Shown: piece by piece, positions 43,898-53,825 of the stretch
Layout: each line of letters opens with the position of its first letter
Numbering within the stretch: position 1 is the stretch's first letter
Source: Escherichia coli
GTDB lineage: Bacteria; Pseudomonadota; Gammaproteobacteria; Enterobacterales; Enterobacteriaceae
DNA length: 64,000 bases
Assembly (NCBI RefSeq): GCF_003019035.1
Contig: NZ_CP027447.1
Direction: 5' to 3' (one strand)
Position numbers and translations under genes: made by a program
The notes under the pieces: model-generated
What the model was told of the DNA's origin: nothing
Seen by the model: the letters and a program-made list of their open reading frames with translations, nothing else
Databases searched by the model: none

Positions 43898-44518
43898 TTA
43901 ATCGTGTTGGCACAGCGTTATGACTATTTTTTCTTTTATCTGCCAGTGCACAGCAAACTGCTCATCCTCTAGTCGAATGATGATCTGCTGTTTATTCCAG
44001 CTAATTATCTGATAATCCAGAAAACCTTGAGCGGCCTGTATCTTGCTTGCCTTAAATGCGCTTTCTTTGGCGGAAAATGCCAGTGTCAGCGCCAGAGAAA
44101 AGGTTAAACCGCATTCTGCGAGTCGCTCGTGTTCTGCTGGTGTAATAATGTTGTCTGTCAATTCTCTTGCGGTTTGTACAGAGAAAATCTCTTCGATATC
44201 AATGCCAATCGGTTGACGAGATACCACGGCTAATGCCGTAGTCCCACAGTGACTAATGCTGCCGTATACCCCCGCAGGCCACACAGGTTGGCGTAGCTCG
44301 CCGATTGCGGGCACACATTTATAGCCATATTCCCGCAGCGCATAAACTGCAGCGATCCGTCCGGCTAAATGCTCTGTTTTACGTTTACGTCCAGCGTGTT
44401 GCAGTTGCGCGTAGTGTGGCAGCCAGAGTAAATCCTGCTCACAAAAACTCGCCGGATCAAACTCAACAAAATGCAGCGTATGTCCTACAAAGGGGAGGGC
44501 GGTATGCGTAGTTTTCAT
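43898..44518 (-). CDS. entD: enterobactin synthase phosphopantetheinyl transferase EntD
   Basis: 206-aa product from MKTTHTALPFVGHTLHFVEF...; an alternative upstream ATG (MVDM) lies at 44527. Confidence 0.88.
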   Translation of the reverse strand: MKTTHTALPFVGHTLHFVEFDPASFCEQDLLWLPHYAQLQHAGRKRKTEHLAGRIAAVYALREYGYKCVPAIGELRQPVWPAGVYGSISHCGTTALAVVSRQPIGIDIEEIFSVQTARELTDNIITPAEHERLAECGLTFSLALTLAFSAKESAFKASKIQAAQGFLDYQIISWNKQQIIIRLEDEQFAVHWQIKEKIVITLCQHD

Positions 44519-44555
44519 GTCGACCATATTAGAGACTGATGACAAACGCAAAACT

Positions 44556-44655
44556 GCCTGATGCGCTACGCTTATCAGGCCTACGTGGTCCTGCAATATA
44601 TTGAATTGGCAAGATTTTTGTAGGCCGGATAAGGCGTTCACGCCGCATCCGGCGT
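44556..44655. repeat. REP/BIME element (two inverted REP units) between entD and fepA
   Basis: gcctgatgcgctacgcttatcaggcctac and gtaggccggataaggcgttcacgccgcatccggc, canonical REP palindromes. Confidence 0.8.
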
Positions 44656-44692
44656 GAACGACGCGCACTTTGTCAACAATCTGACGTTAGCA

Positions 44693-46933
44693 TCAGAAGT
44701 GAGTATTAATGCTCATATACCACGTACGTCCCGGCTCGTTATAGGTATACGCGCCGGCACCGGCGATATAGTTGGCTCCTGCCAGATCGCCCGTGGTCTG
44801 GGCATTACCTGCACGCCACAAACGTTTGTCGAACAGGTTGTCCACGCCGCCGGTCAGACTGACATTCTTCGTCACATCCCAGGTCGCGCTCAGACCCACA
44901 ATGCTGTAAGGACTAATTTCTTTGGTTTCCGGGCCAACCGCTGGCTGACCTTTATAGTTGTATTTTTTCGGCTGCTGCTTGCCGTACCAGGTGAAGGTCG
45001 TTTGCATCGACAAATCTTCCCGTGCCTGCCAGCTCAGCGTTGAGTTCAACGTATATTCCGGGATGATCGACAAACGGTCGCCCGTGGTTTTGTTTTCACT
45101 CTTCAGCATATAAGTGATGTTATTGGTCCACATCACCGTTTCGCTAACCGGTACGTTTAACGATCCTTCCAGACCTTCAACCACCGCTTTCGGCACGTTA
45201 TCCCACTGATAGAGATCGGTGCCGACTGCGTTTTGCCCTACAGCCACATAGCCCGCTTCAATCTTATTGCGATAATCGTTACGGAACCAGGTGACGCCCG
45301 CCAGCCAGCCGTCGCGTTTGAACTCCAGACCAATCTCCTTGTTGATACTGGTTTCCGCTTTCAGGTCATCATTACCTTGCAGATAGCAGCCGCCCGCGCT
45401 GGCATAGCAACCCTGACCTTTACTGTAGAGAATGTAGTTCGGGTTAGTCTGGTACAGGCTCGGCGCTTTATAAGCACGGGCGATGCCCATTTTCAGCGTG
45501 AAGTCATCGCCTAAACCTTGCGATATGTTCAGCGCCGGGCTCCAGTTATTGCCGACTATACTGTGATGATCGAAACGCAGCCCCGGCGTTACGATGGTGC
45601 TGTCAGTCAGCTCCATGTTGTTTTCGGCAAACAGCGAGAAAATTTCTGCTTTTGAATACGGGCTACGGTCGGTGGCACTCACACCATCAATAGCGCCGCC
45701 GGTGTTCGTCCCGGTCAGCGCCTGGGTATTGGAACTCAAGTCCTTCATCCGCTGCTGATTCCACTCCGTACCCAGCGTCAGCGTCTGGTTAACGAGGAAA
45801 TCAATCGGCAGGTTAACTTCGCTATGCAGCATCACGTCATCGAGATCGATATCGACGAAATCCTGTGTCGCTTTTTCGTTAAATTTCCCTTCGGTACCGC
45901 CCGCCAGACCTTCCGGAATACGCGAGTTACGGGTGTGTTCGTACTGCACCCAGTTGCTGGTGGTCACGCCGTTATCCCAGCCACCGTTCCAGGTCAGCGC
46001 GTAGTTCTGGCGATACAGGCGGTTGGTTTCATCGCCATATTTCGAGCGAGTGTAAGCGTCAGAGTTGGTGTTCTGGGTATCGCCCGCATACAGGTTACCC
46101 TGGCGGCTGTAACCCGCTTCCAGTTCCAGCGATTGCAATGGTGCGAAGTCCCAGCGCACCACGCCGTTAATATCTTTATTGATCACCCCTTCGCGCCCGG
46201 CTGGTAACGTCGTGGCATACGTTCCGGCACGCGCGGACTGATGGCCTTGGTTGATATCCCACGCGTCAGCCTGGGTTTTGTCGAGGTTGCCATACAAGCG
46301 GAAGCTGAATTCGTCGCCCAGCGGACCGGTCAGGCTGAAGTTGGTGCGTTTGGTGGCACCTTCCTCTTTATGTTCTGGCGCATTGAAATAAGCATCCCAG
46401 GAGCCGTGCCACTCACCACTGCCTTTTTTGGTAATGATGTTAACCACGCCGCCCGCCGCGCCGTTGCCATAACGCGCAGCTGCCGGACCACGCAGAACTT
46501 CAATACGTTCAATCATTTCAGGTGGCACCCAGGAGGTATCACCACGGGTATCGCGCTCACCACGCCAGCCCTGACGCACCGAATTACGGCTGCTTACTGG
46601 CTTGCCGTCAATCAAAATCAGCGTGTTTTCCGGACCCATGCCGCGAATATCAATCTGGCGGTTATTACCACGCTGACCACTGGTGGAGTTACCGGTCAGG
46701 TTAACGCCTGGCATGGTACGGATGATCTCCGACACATCGCGGGCAACTGGGTTTTTGCGGATTTCATCTGCGGTGATGGTCGAAACGCCAGGCGCCTGTA
46801 AGTTCTGCTCAGCGGCGGTAACGACAATGGTATCGTCATGTGAAACAGGAGTATCGGTTGGCTCTTGTGCCTGTGCTACCCCATAAATCCCCAGATTGAC
46901 CAACAAGGCCAGGGAATGAATCTTCTTGTTCAT
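44693..46933 (-). CDS. fepA: TonB-dependent ferric enterobactin outer-membrane receptor FepA
   Basis: 746-aa product from MNKKIHSLALLVNLGIYGVAQA (signal peptide); TonB box and C-terminal aromatic residue. Confidence 0.95.
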   Translation of the reverse strand: MNKKIHSLALLVNLGIYGVAQAQEPTDTPVSHDDTIVVTAAEQNLQAPGVSTITADEIRKNPVARDVSEIIRTMPGVNLTGNSTSGQRGNNRQIDIRGMGPENTLILIDGKPVSSRNSVRQGWRGERDTRGDTSWVPPEMIERIEVLRGPAAARYGNGAAGGVVNIITKKGSGEWHGSWDAYFNAPEHKEEGATKRTNFSLTGPLGDEFSFRLYGNLDKTQADAWDINQGHQSARAGTYATTLPAGREGVINKDINGVVRWDFAPLQSLELEAGYSRQGNLYAGDTQNTNSDAYTRSKYGDETNRLYRQNYALTWNGGWDNGVTTSNWVQYEHTRNSRIPEGLAGGTEGKFNEKATQDFVDIDLDDVMLHSEVNLPIDFLVNQTLTLGTEWNQQRMKDLSSNTQALTGTNTGGAIDGVSATDRSPYSKAEIFSLFAENNMELTDSTIVTPGLRFDHHSIVGNNWSPALNISQGLGDDFTLKMGIARAYKAPSLYQTNPNYILYSKGQGCYASAGGCYLQGNDDLKAETSINKEIGLEFKRDGWLAGVTWFRNDYRNKIEAGYVAVGQNAVGTDLYQWDNVPKAVVEGLEGSLNVPVSETVMWTNNITYMLKSENKTTGDRLSIIPEYTLNSTLSWQAREDLSMQTTFTWYGKQQPKKYNYKGQPAVGPETKEISPYSIVGLSATWDVTKNVSLTGGVDNLFDKRLWRAGNAQTTGDLAGANYIAGAGAYTYNEPGRTWYMSINTHF

Positions 46934-47089
46934 TGTTTTATTCCTGCATTTTTGCCACGAATTGCAACTGTCGGGCATGGTCGTCATCAATACGACGCAC
47001 CCCGCTACCGCGAAAACCTTTGATCCTGAAAGACACGCAGTGCAGTTGGTTAATTAATGTCCGCGCTTCCCACGGCGCGCCATTACGCT

Positions 47090-47125
47090 ATTGCAAATGC
47101 AAATAGTTATCAATAATATTATCAA
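47090..47125. promoter_or_regulatory. Fur-box-like AT-rich operator in the fepA-fes divergent promoter region
   Basis: aatagttatcaataatattatc resembles the GATAATGATAATCATTATC consensus; sits between divergent iron-uptake genes. Confidence 0.5.
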
Positions 47126-47175
47126 TATATTTCTGCAATCAATAAAAAATTGCACAGTAAACATGGGGTTATGGT

Positions 47176-48378
47176 GTGACGGCGTTAAAAGTAGGAAGTG
47201 AGAGCTGGTGGCAGTCGAAACATGGCCCGGAATGGCAGCGTCTGAATGACGAAATGTTTGAGGTCACTTTCTGGTGGCGTGATCCCCAAGGTTCTGAAGA
47301 ATACTCGACGATAAAGCGCGTATGGGTCTACATCACTGGTGTGACCGATCACCATCAGAACAGCCAGCCCCAGTCGATGCAGCGAATTGCAGGCACCAAC
47401 GTCTGGCAGTGGACGACACAGCTCAATGCCAACTGGCGCGGCAGCTACTGCTTTATTCCCACCGAACGCGATGACATTTTTTCTGCACCATCCCCCGATC
47501 GCCTCGAATTACGTGAAGGCTGGCGAAAACTATTACCCCAGGCGATAGCCGATCCGCTGAATCCACAAAGCTGGAAAGGCGGGCGAGGGCACGCTGTTTC
47601 TGCACTCGAAATGCCGCAAGCGTCTCTGCAACCGGGATGGGATTGTCCGCAAGCGCCAGAAACGCCTGCCAAAGAAATTATCTGGAAAAGTGAACGGTTG
47701 AAAAATTCACGCCGTGTATGGATTTTTACCACCGGCGATGCAACAGCAGAAGAACGCCCGCTGGCAGTTTTGCTTGATGGTGAATTTTGGGCGCAGAGTA
47801 TGCCCGTCTGGCCTGCGCTAACTTCGCTGACCCATCGTCGGCAACTTCCTCCCGCCGTGTATGTGTTGATCGATGCTATCGACACCACGCACCGCGCCCA
47901 CGAACTGCCGTGTAATGCGGATTTCTGGCTGGCAGTACAGCAAGAGTTATTACCCCTGGTGAAAGCTATTGCCTCTTTTAGCGATCGCGCCGATCGCACC
48001 GTGGTCGCCGGGCAGAGTTTTGGTGGGCTTTCCGCGCTGTATGCCGGACTGCACTGGCCTGAACGCTTTGGCTGTGTATTAAGCCAGTCAGGATCGTACT
48101 GGTGGCCGCATCGGGGCGGGCAGCAAGAAGGTGCTTTACTTGAGCAACTTAAAGCTGGTCAAGTTAGTGCCGAAGGTCTGCGCATTGTGCTGGAAGCGGG
48201 TATTCGCGAGCCGATGATCATGCGGGCCAATCAGGCGCTGTATGCGCAATTACACCCCATAAAAGAATCCATTTTCTGGCGTCAGGTTGACGGCGGACAT
48301 GATGCGCTTTGTTGGCGCGGTGGCTTGATGCAGGGGCTAATCGACCTCTGGCAACCACTTTTCCATGACAGGAGTTGA
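47176..48378 (+). CDS. fes: enterochelin esterase Fes
   Basis: 400-aa ORF from GTG (MTALKVGSESWWQSKHGPEW...). Confidence 0.9.
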   Translation: MTALKVGSESWWQSKHGPEWQRLNDEMFEVTFWWRDPQGSEEYSTIKRVWVYITGVTDHHQNSQPQSMQRIAGTNVWQWTTQLNANWRGSYCFIPTERDDIFSAPSPDRLELREGWRKLLPQAIADPLNPQSWKGGRGHAVSALEMPQASLQPGWDCPQAPETPAKEIIWKSERLKNSRRVWIFTTGDATAEERPLAVLLDGEFWAQSMPVWPALTSLTHRRQLPPAVYVLIDAIDTTHRAHELPCNADFWLAVQQELLPLVKAIASFSDRADRTVVAGQSFGGLSALYAGLHWPERFGCVLSQSGSYWWPHRGGQQEGALLEQLKAGQVSAEGLRIVLEAGIREPMIMRANQALYAQLHPIKESIFWRQVDGGHDALCWRGGLMQGLIDLWQPLFHDRS

Positions 48379-48380
48379 AT

Positions 48381-48599
48381 ATGGCATTCAGTAATCCCTT
48401 CGATGATCCGCAGGGAGCGTTTTACATTTTGCGCAATGCGCAGGGGCAATTCAGTCTGTGGCCGCAACAATGCCTCTTACCGGCAGGCTGGGACATTGTG
48501 TGTCAGCCGCAGTCACAAGAGTCCTGCCAGCAGTGGCTGGAAGTCCACTGGCGTACTCTGACACCGGCGAATTTCACCCAGTTGCAGGAGGCACAATGA
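48381..48599 (+). CDS. ybdZ: MbtH-like protein YbdZ
   Basis: 72-aa MAFSNPFDDPQGAFYILRNAQGQFSLWP...; its stop overlaps the entF start (ATGA). Confidence 0.9.
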   Translation: MAFSNPFDDPQGAFYILRNAQGQFSLWPQQCLLPAGWDIVCQPQSQESCQQWLEVHWRTLTPANFTQLQEAQ

Positions 48600-51500
48600 G
48601 CCAGCATTTACCTTTGGTCGCCGCACAGCCCGGCATCTGGATGGCAGAAAAACTGTCGGATTTACCCTCCGCCTGGAGCGTGGCGCATTACGTTGAGTTA
48701 ACCGGAGAGGTTGATGCGCCATTACTGGCCCGCGCGGTGGTTGCCGGATTAGCGCAAGCAGATACGCTGCGGATGCGTTTTACGGAAGATAACGGCGAAG
48801 TCTGGCAGTGGGTCGATGATGCGCTGACGTTCGAACTGCCAGAAATTATCGACCTGCGAACCAACATTGATCCGCACGGTACTGCGCGGGCATTAATGCA
48901 GGCGGATTTGCAACAAGATCTGCGCGTCGATAGCGGTAAACCACTGGTCTTTCATCAGTTGATACAGGTGGCGGATAACCGCTGGTACTGGTATCAGCGT
49001 TATCACCATTTGCTGGTCGATGGCTTCAGTTTCCCGGCCATTACCCGCCAGATCGCCAATATTTACTGCGCATGGCTGCGTGGCGAACCAACGCCTGCTT
49101 CGCCGTTTACGCCTTTCGCTGATGTAGTGGAAGAGTACCAGCAATACCGCGAAAGCGAAGCCTGGCAGCGTGATGCGGCATTCTGGGCGGAACAGCGTCG
49201 TCAATTGCCGCCGCCCGCGTCACTTTCTCCGGCACCTTTACCGGGGCGCAGCGCCTCGGCAGATATTCTACGCCTGAAACTGGAATTTACCGACGGGGAA
49301 TTCCGCCAGTTGGCTACGCAACTTTCAGGTGTGCAGCGTACCGATTTAGCCCTTGCGCTGGCGGCTTTGTGGCTGGGGCGATTGTGCAACCGCATGGACT
49401 ACGCTGCCGGATTTATCTTTATGCGTCGACTGGGCTCGGCGGCGCTGACGGCTACCGGACCCGTGCTCAACGTTTTGCCGTTGGGTATTCATATTGCGGC
49501 GCAAGAAACGCTGCCGGAACTGGCTACCCGACTGGCGGCTCAACTGAAAAAAATGCGTCGCCATCAACGTTACGATGCCGAACAAATTGTCCGTGACAGC
49601 GGGCGAGCGGCAGGTGATGAACCGCTGTTTGGTCCGGTACTCAATATCAAGGTATTTGATTACCAACTGGATATTCCTGATGTTCAGGCACAAACCCATA
49701 CCCTGGCTACCGGTCCGGTTAATGACCTTGAGCTGGCCCTGTTCCCGGATGAACACGGTGATTTGAGTATTGAGATCATCGCCAATAAACAGCGTTACGC
49801 TGAGCCAACGTTAATCCAGCATGCTGAACGCCTGAAAATGCTGATTGCCCAGTTCGCCGCGGATCCGGCGCTGTTGTGCGGCGATGTCGATATTATGCTG
49901 CCAGGTGAATATGTGCAGCTGGCGCAGATCAACGCCACTCAGGTTGAGATTCCAGAAACCACGCTGAGCGCGCTGGTGGCAGAAAAAGCGGCAAAAACAC
50001 CGGATGCTCCGGCGCTGGCAGATGCGCGCTACCAGTTCAGCTATCGGGAAATGCGCGAGCAGGTAGTGGCGCTGGCAAATCTCCTGCGTGAGCGTGGCGT
50101 TAAACCGGGCGACAGCGTAGCGGTGGCGCTACCGCGCTCGGTCTTTTTGACTCTGGCGCTACATGCAATTGTTGAGGCTGGTGCGGCCTGGTTACCGCTG
50201 GATACCGGCTATCCGGACGATCGCCTGAAAATGATGCTGGAAGATGCGCGTCCGTCGCTGTTAATCACCACCGACGATCAACTGCCGCGCTTTAGCGATA
50301 TCCCCAATTTAACCAGCCTTTGCTATAACGCCCCGCTTACACCGCAGGGCAGTGCGCCGCTGAAACTTTCACAACCGCACCACACGGCTTATATCATCTT
50401 TACCTCTGGCTCCACCGGCAGGCCGAAAGGGGTAATGGTCGGGCAGACGGCTATCGTTAACCGCCTGCTTTGGATGCAAAACCACTACCCGCTTACAGGC
50501 GAAGATGTCGTTGCCCAAAAAACGCCGTGCAGTTTTGATGTCTCGGTGTGGGAGTTTTTCTGGCCGTTTATTGCCGGGGCTAAACTGGTGATGGCTGAAC
50601 CGGAAGCGCACCGCGACCCGCTCGCTATGCAGCAATTCTTTGCCGAATATGGTGTAACGACCACGCACTTTGTGCCGTCGATGCTGGCGGCATTTGTTGC
50701 ATCGCTGACGCCGCAAACCGCTCGTCAGAATTGCGCGACGTTGAAACAGGTTTTCTGTAGTGGTGAGGCCTTACCGGCTGATTTATGCCGCGAATGGCAA
50801 CAGTTAACCGGCGCGCCGTTGCATAATCTATATGGCCCGACGGAAGCGGCGGTAGATGTCAGTTGGTATCCGGCTTTTGGCGAGGAACTGGCAGAGGTGC
50901 GCGGCAGCAGTGTGCCGATTGGTTATCCGGTGTGGAATACGGGCCTGCGCATTCTCGATGCGATGATGCATCCGGTGCCGCCGGGTGTGGCGGGAGATCT
51001 CTATCTCACCGGTATTCAACTGGCGCAGGGGTATCTTGGACGACCCGATCTGACCGCCAGCCGCTTTATTGCCGATCCTTTTGCCCCAGGTGAACGGATG
51101 TACCGTACCGGCGATGTGGCCCGCTGGCTGGATAACGGCGCAGTGGAGTACCTCGGGCGCAGTGACGATCAGCTAAAAATTCGCGGGCAGCGTATCGAAC
51201 TGGGCGAAATTGATCGCGTGATGCAGGCGCTGCCGGATGTCGAACAAGCCGTTACCCACGCCTGTGTGATTAACCAGGCGGCAGCCACTGGTGGTGATGC
51301 GCGTCAGTTGGTGGGCTATCTGGTGTCGCAATCAGGTCTGCCGTTGGATACCAGCGCATTACAGGCGCAGCTTCGTGAAACATTGCCACCACATATGGTA
51401 CCGGTGGTTCTGCTGCAACTTCCACAGTTACCACTTAGCGCCAACGGCAAGCTGGATCGCAAAGCCTTACCGTTGCCTGAACTGAAGGCACAAGCGCCGG

Positions 51501-52477
51501 GGCGTGCGCCGAAAGCGGGCAGTGAAACGATTATCGCCGCGGCATTCTCGTCGTTGCTGGGTTGTGACGTGCAGGATGCCGATGCTGATTTCTTTGCGCT
51601 TGGCGGTCATTCGCTACTGGCAATGAAACTGGCAGCGCAGTTAAGTCGGCAGTTTGCCCGTCAGGTGACGCCGGGTCAGGTGATGGTTGCGTCAACTGTC
51701 GCCAAACTGTCAACGATTATTGATGGTGAAGAAGACAGCACCCAGCGCATGGGATTCGAAGCCATTCTGCCGTTGCGTGAAGGTAATGGCCCGACGCTGT
51801 TTTGTTTCCATCCGGCCTCCGGTTTTGCCTGGCAGTTCAGCGTGCTCTCGCGTTATCTCGATCCACAATGGTCGATTATCGGCATTCAGTCGCCGCGCCC
51901 TCATGGCCCCATGCAGACGGCGGCAAACCTGGATGAAGTCTGCGAAGCGCATCTGGCAACGTTACTTGAACAACAACCGCACGGCCCATATTACCTGCTG
52001 GGTTATTCACTTGGCGGTACGCTGGCGCAGGGTATTGCGGCGCGGCTGCGTGCCCGTGGCGAACAGGTGGCATTTCTTGGCTTGCTGGATACCTGGCCGC
52101 CAGAAACGCAAAACTGGCAGGAAAAAGAGGCTAATGGCCTGGACCCGGAAGTGCTGGCGGAGATTAACCGCGAGCGCGAGGCCTTCCTGGCGGCACAGCA
52201 GGGAAGTACTTCAACGGAGTTGTTTACCACCATTGAAGGCAACTACGCTGATGCTGTGCGCCTGCTGACGACTGCTCATAGCGTACCGTTTGAAGGTAAA
52301 GCGACGCTGTTTGTTGCTGAACGCACGCTTCAGGAAGGTATGAATCCCGAACGCGCCTGGTCGCCGTGGATTACGGAGCTGGATATCTATCGTCAGGATT
52401 GTGCGCATGTGGATATTATCTCGCCGATGGCGTTTGAAAAAATAGGGCCGATTATTCGTGCGACGCTAAATAAGTAA
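48596..52477 (+). CDS. entF: enterobactin non-ribosomal peptide synthetase EntF (C-A-PCP-TE)
   Basis: 1293-aa product from MSQHLPLVAAQPGIWMAEKL; adenylation-domain core motifs, PCP motif (GGHSLLAM) and thioesterase GYSLGG. Confidence 0.95.
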   Translation: MSQHLPLVAAQPGIWMAEKLSDLPSAWSVAHYVELTGEVDAPLLARAVVAGLAQADTLRMRFTEDNGEVWQWVDDALTFELPEIIDLRTNIDPHGTARALMQADLQQDLRVDSGKPLVFHQLIQVADNRWYWYQRYHHLLVDGFSFPAITRQIANIYCAWLRGEPTPASPFTPFADVVEEYQQYRESEAWQRDAAFWAEQRRQLPPPASLSPAPLPGRSASADILRLKLEFTDGEFRQLATQLSGVQRTDLALALAALWLGRLCNRMDYAAGFIFMRRLGSAALTATGPVLNVLPLGIHIAAQETLPELATRLAAQLKKMRRHQRYDAEQIVRDSGRAAGDEPLFGPVLNIKVFDYQLDIPDVQAQTHTLATGPVNDLELALFPDEHGDLSIEIIANKQRYAEPTLIQHAERLKMLIAQFAADPALLCGDVDIMLPGEYVQLAQINATQVEIPETTLSALVAEKAAKTPDAPALADARYQFSYREMREQVVALANLLRERGVKPGDSVAVALPRSVFLTLALHAIVEAGAAWLPLDTGYPDDRLKMMLEDARPSLLITTDDQLPRFSDIPNLTSLCYNAPLTPQGSAPLKLSQPHHTAYIIFTSGSTGRPKGVMVGQTAIVNRLLWMQNHYPLTGEDVVAQKTPCSFDVSVWEFFWPFIAGAKLVMAEPEAHRDPLAMQQFFAEYGVTTTHFVPSMLAAFVASLTPQTARQNCATLKQVFCSGEALPADLCREWQQLTGAPLHNLYGPTEAAVDVSWYPAFGEELAEVRGSSVPIGYPVWNTGLRILDAMMHPVPPGVAGDLYLTGIQLAQGYLGRPDLTASRFIADPFAPGERMYRTGDVARWLDNGAVEYLGRSDDQLKIRGQRIELGEIDRVMQALPDVEQAVTHACVINQAAATGGDARQLVGYLVSQSGLPLDTSALQAQLRETLPPHMVPVVLLQLPQLPLSANGKLDRKALPLPELKAQAPGRAPKAGSETIIAAAFSSLLGCDVQDADADFFALGGHSLLAMKLAAQLSRQFARQVTPGQVMVASTVAKLSTIIDGEEDSTQRMGFEAILPLREGNGPTLFCFHPASGFAWQFSVLSRYLDPQWSIIGIQSPRPHGPMQTAANLDEVCEAHLATLLEQQPHGPYYLLGYSLGGTLAQGIAARLRARGEQVAFLGLLDTWPPETQNWQEKEANGLDPEVLAEINREREAFLAAQQGSTSTELFTTIEGNYADAVRLLTTAHSVPFEGKATLFVAERTLQEGMNPERAWSPWITELDIYRQDCAHVDIISPMAFEKIGPIIRATLNK

Positions 52478-52691
52478 ATTTATATTATCTATAAACCCAT
52501 AATTACAATAAATGATTATGGGTTTATTATTTATTTAATTTATCAATTTAACGGATATTTCTCTGAAATAGAGTGAATGTTGCATTCAGTGGGAGGAATT
52601 TACAAACTTCAGCTTCGGATAAATCTCACCAACTGGTAAAGTGGGGGCCGTGGAGATTTACTCTTATTGGACCCATTTCAGGTTATATCGC

Positions 52692-53825
52692 ATGTCATCA
52701 CTGAATATTAAACAGGGAAGTGACGCTCATTTTCCCGAGTATCCTCTGGCGTCGCCCAGTAATAATGAAATTGATTTACTTAATCTAATCGACGTTTTAT
52801 GGCGGGCAAAAAAAACGGTCATGGCGGTCGTTTTTGCGTTTGCCTGCACAGGATTGCTGATCTCTTTCATCCTGCCGCAAAAATGGACCAGCTCCGCCGT
52901 CATTACTCCCGCAGAGGCTATTCAGTGGCAGGACCTGGAGAAAAACTTTACTAAACTGCGCGTTCTGGATCTTGATGTTAATCTCGATCGTAATGGAGTA
53001 TTTAATCTATTTATCAAGAAGTTTCAGTCTATTAGCTTACTGGAAGAGTACCTGCGCTCATCACCTTATGTGATGGACCAATTAAAAGAGGCGAAAATCG
53101 ACGAACTGGATTTGCATCGCGCTATCGTCGCATTGAGCGAAAAAATGAAAGCGGTTGATGACAATGCCAGTAAGAAAAAAGATGAACCGTCACTGTATAC
53201 CTCCTGGACGCTAAGTTTCACCGCGCCAACCAGTGAAGAGGCGCAGACCGTTTTGAGCGGGTATATCGATTATATCTCTGCGTTGGTGGTGAAAGAGTCG
53301 CTAGAAAACGTCCGTAATAAACTGGAGATCAAAACCCAGTTTGAAAAAGAAAAACTGGCTCAGGATCGCATTAAAACGAAAAATCAACTTGATGCAAACA
53401 TTCAGCGCCTCAATTATTCACTCGACATTGCCAACGCGGCAGGAATTAAAAAGCCCGTATACAGTAATGGTCAGGCCGTTAAAGATGACCCCGATTTCTC
53501 TATTTCTCTCGGTGCAGACGGTATTGAACGCAAACTGGAAATTGAAAAAGCGGTTACTGACGTTGCGGAATTGAACGGTGAATTACGTAATCGTCAGTAT
53601 CTTGTTGAGCAGCTAACAAAAGCAAATATCAACGATGTGAATTTTACACCGTTTAAATATCAGTTAAGACCGTCATTGCCAGTGAAAAAAGACGGTCCGG
53701 GTAAGGCGATTATTGTGATCCTTTCTGCGATGATCGGCGGGATGGTGGCTTGTGGTGGCGTGCTGTTGCGCCATGCGATGGCATCCAGAAAACAGGATGC
53801 CGTGATGGAAGAGCACTTAGTTTAA
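52692..53825 (+). CDS. fepE: polysaccharide co-polymerase (Wzz-like) FepE
   Basis: 377-aa product from MSSLNIKQGSDAHFPEYPLASP... Confidence 0.9.
   Translation: MSSLNIKQGSDAHFPEYPLASPSNNEIDLLNLIDVLWRAKKTVMAVVFAFACTGLLISFILPQKWTSSAVITPAEAIQWQDLEKNFTKLRVLDLDVNLDRNGVFNLFIKKFQSISLLEEYLRSSPYVMDQLKEAKIDELDLHRAIVALSEKMKAVDDNASKKKDEPSLYTSWTLSFTAPTSEEAQTVLSGYIDYISALVVKESLENVRNKLEIKTQFEKEKLAQDRIKTKNQLDANIQRLNYSLDIANAAGIKKPVYSNGQAVKDDPDFSISLGADGIERKLEIEKAVTDVAELNGELRNRQYLVEQLTKANINDVNFTPFKYQLRPSLPVKKDGPGKAIIVILSAMIGGMVACGGVLLRHAMASRKQDAVMEEHLV

Noticed and set aside
45233-46801. Plus-strand ORFs antisense to fepA (e.g. 45824-46207, 46241-46801)
   Set aside because: Embedded in fepA on the opposite strand; Gly/Ala/Thr-rich reflection of beta-barrel codon usage.
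47445-47999. 184-aa ORF antisense to fes
   Set aside because: Embedded in fes; no motif support.
48893-52408. Numerous short ORFs on both strands inside entF
   Set aside because: All embedded within the 1293-aa NRPS gene; none has start-site context or recognisable domains.
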